Shown piece by piece: positions 61,733 to 64,000 of a DNA stretch of 64,000 bases (the first letter of the stretch is position 1; the number at the start of each line of letters is the position of its first letter). This stretch comes from an uncultured Candidatus Binatia bacterium. GTDB lineage: Bacteria; Desulfobacterota; Binatia; UBA9968; CAXXLF01. The notes under the pieces are model-generated. The model was not told the DNA's origin. It made no database searches and saw only the letters and a list, made by a program, of their open reading frames with translations. The stretch is from the NCBI GenBank assembly GCA_965215595.1, contig CBDCDW010000003.1, positions 401,680-465,679 on the forward strand, given 5' to 3'. Both the position numbers and the translations under genes were made by a program.

Positions 61733-63178
61733 CGTGTTAAGCCATCAAAAAATCTAACCCTAGCGGGATTCGTTGCGTCATTACAAAATCTAACCGAAGT
61801 CGTCTCGCATCTGTCGTTTCATGTCCTGTTGTTGGCGCTGTAGTTTCTTGCTGAAGGTCCAGTTTCTCCACGGCGTTTGTTTCAGCGGTGGTCTCTCTCG
61901 TGGGGCTCTGTCTGCATGGCTGGCCAGCTTGTAGATCCGCTGCAGTTGCTGATCGATTCGGGTAGAGAGCTCGAAGGGATCAGTTGTCTTAAGCGTGTGC
62001 TTGAGGGCTGCCAGCTTTTTGGGGTCTCCCTTTCGGGACTCCACGACCCGTTCGAACGGGGTACGAGGCGTGTCATAGCGGCGAATAAGTCGAGAGCCTA
62101 TACGGATCTTGCATCGCAGCTTCATGGAGGGCTGGAACAGATTCTGGAAGATCCTAAGCTCATCATAGAGCTGGTTGGCGGCCTCTTGGGCCTTTGCGGT
62201 GTCGTAGCGATCCCAGCCCATAAGCTTTCTGACATGGGTCCAGTTTTTCTGCTCGATGTGCGCGTTGTCATCTTTTTTGTAGGGACGCGAGCGGGTGAAC
62301 TGAATGGTGTGGCCAGCTGGGCGTTGTTGACAGAAGGCAAGAAGGCGGTTGTTGATAAACTCACTGCCGTTGTCGGAGTCGATCCCCTTGAGGGGAAAAG
62401 GAAGCTGGTGTTCGATCTCGGTGACCGCATTCAAGACACCCAAAGCGCTCTTACCCATGACGGCCTTGCGCTCTACCCAGCAGGTAGCAATGTCGACACA
62501 GTCCAGACTATGGACAAACTCCCCAACCGCTGAGGCCCCTGAGTGTGACACCAGGTCAATCTCCAGATAGCCCGGCCGGTTCACATCCCAGTGATCGGTC
62601 TTAATCGGGATCATCTGCTTTAGTAGCGATCCGGGCCGAGTGGTGCCATAGAGTCGGCGTTTCACGATGTGCTTGGTTTCCCTCAGGCGCCGATCCATCT
62701 GACGGGCGCTGATGGCCAGGAGCTGATCCTCTAACGGTTGGGTCAGCTCGAAGTGTTGCCTTATCCAGGGCAACCAGTGTACAAGGGCGGCCTTCAGACG
62801 TTGGGAGCACAGATACCCCGAGGCCTCCCACACCTTTGCCAAAATCCTTACCATTGCCCGATTGTATGTAGGAGAGCGAGGTGCACCCCGTTTGCGTACA
62901 GTTGCCTCGGGCAAGGGCCGGTTTAAAAGCCAGATGGCATATTTGCGGTTGTAGCCGCAAACCTTGCAGAATTCCTCTAGCATCGTTCCCTTCTGTGCCC
63001 GTGGTGCGTGCTGATAACGATCATAGATGGATCGTAAATACTCCTGCTTGGATCGTCGTGCCATGGTGAACCCTTCCATTGTTGCCCTCCTTGAGCTCTA
63101 ATGTGAGCCCTTGGAGGGTTAGAATCACAAATGGCGCAACGTATCGCCCTTGGGTTAGATTATATATGGCGCAATACG
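61733..63178 (-). mobile_element. 1446-bp DDE insertion sequence, copy 2
   Basis: Nearly identical to 8701-10146; 4-bp TSD CTCT. Confidence 0.95.
61790..63079 (-). CDS. Integrase-core DDE transposase
   Basis: Same protein as 8749-10047 except that a SNP gives a stop three codons earlier. Confidence 0.93.
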   Translation of the reverse strand: MEGFTMARRSKQEYLRSIYDRYQHAPRAQKGTMLEEFCKVCGYNRKYAIWLLNRPLPEATVRKRGAPRSPTYNRAMVRILAKVWEASGYLCSQRLKAALVHWLPWIRQHFELTQPLEDQLLAISARQMDRRLRETKHIVKRRLYGTTRPGSLLKQMIPIKTDHWDVNRPGYLEIDLVSHSGASAVGEFVHSLDCVDIATCWVERKAVMGKSALGVLNAVTEIEHQLPFPLKGIDSDNGSEFINNRLLAFCQQRPAGHTIQFTRSRPYKKDDNAHIEQKNWTHVRKLMGWDRYDTAKAQEAANQLYDELRIFQNLFQPSMKLRCKIRIGSRLIRRYDTPRTPFERVVESRKGDPKKLAALKHTLKTTDPFELSTRIDQQLQRIYKLASHADRAPRERPPLKQTPWRNWTFSKKLQRQQQDMKRQMRDDFG

Positions 63179-64000
63179 CTCTTCTTAACCCGGCTAACCG
63201 TTTCAACCGGCTTTGGCGGTTGTTTCTTCTTAGCGACGACAATGGGTTTGGTAACATCGACAAATGTACCGGCTTGGTCGGTATAGCCGGCCAAAGTTGT
63301 TTTCCATTGTCCTGCGCTCTTATTCGATAATACGGCAACGGTCTTTTTCCCCTTGTTTCCAGATGCCTGCATTAGGAAGATTGCTTTGCCAAAATCGCCA
63401 GCGGCTGCAAATGTTCCGGTAAAGAACCAACCAATCTTGACCGGTTTGCCTACTTCTTGTTGGATTCTGGGATTTGTCTTTAGATATTGTTCGGCCGATG
63501 CATAGGCTTCTGAATCCTTGAGAAGGATTCTCATGCCTACAAAAAGACCAATAAATAGAGTCACGCTTATCACCGCCAGCGTGGCAAACAGATTAGTTTT
63601 TACTAACTCTTTTCGATGGACCTCGGTGGTGCCAACGGGAGTGGCTTTGGGCCTGATGACATATGTATTGGCAATTTTATCGTGCCAGGCCTGCTTATTC
63701 TTATCTATGGCGATCCAGAGGTATCCCAGTCCAAGAGCCAAAAGAGAAAAGAACGCGGCAAGAAATCTGAAGACGATCTGTTTGATAGTGGGTTTAGCTC
63801 CGTTGATGGATACTATCTTCATGCCCAGCAGGTGGTATCCAGCGGTTGCACCAAAGGCGAACTTTAGCCCGATCATATAGGCAAGAAAGATCACCAACTC
63901 CACGATAGCGGTTAGAAAATCAGATGAAAAACTTACGATGGCAAAGACGAGCCCTAACAATGAGCAATCGATGAGGTTGGCAAGCCCACGTTTTAAGTAG

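Larger units (their letters stand above)
61479..64000 (-). pseudogene. RDD-family membrane protein gene interrupted by an IS; begins beyond the window end
   Basis: KRGLANLID, TAGYHLLGMKIV and KQAWHDKIANTYV motifs; removing the IS and one TSD restores the frame into ORF 61479-61667. Confidence 0.9.

Overview
This is a bacterial chromosomal window whose gene repertoire resembles Candidatus Binatota / deltaproteobacteria-like genomes (inference only). About 1.8-38 kb is a paralogue-rich aromatic-catabolism region: a LigB-type dioxygenase, two UbiD decarboxylases, three intact Rieske oxygenases, five bicupins, an FAH hydrolase, a lone molybdoenzyme large subunit, a MaoC pair, an MFS transporter and ATPase-less ABC modules. 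About 38-45 kb is mostly housekeeping (fxsA, btuF-like, a divergent sigma70, grxD, a Rieske homologue without cluster ligands, a SagB-type protein). The most unusual part is about 45.4-56.6 kb: unrelated one- or two-gene modules (VanX/DdpX, dipeptidase, ArsC-like, MerC-like, histidine phosphatase, lipoprotein; four are broken) separated by nine copies of a 34-bp inverted repeat with a conserved asymmetric 6-bp core. This layout resembles a tyrosine-recombinase cassette array, but no recombinase is present in the window. Also present: metH, two IS256 copies, two copies of a CGT-ended DDE insertion sequence (one interrupts an RDD gene), and an unassigned structured non-coding region at about 13.3-13.8 kb. 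All calls are from reading the sequence and ORF track; no searches were run.
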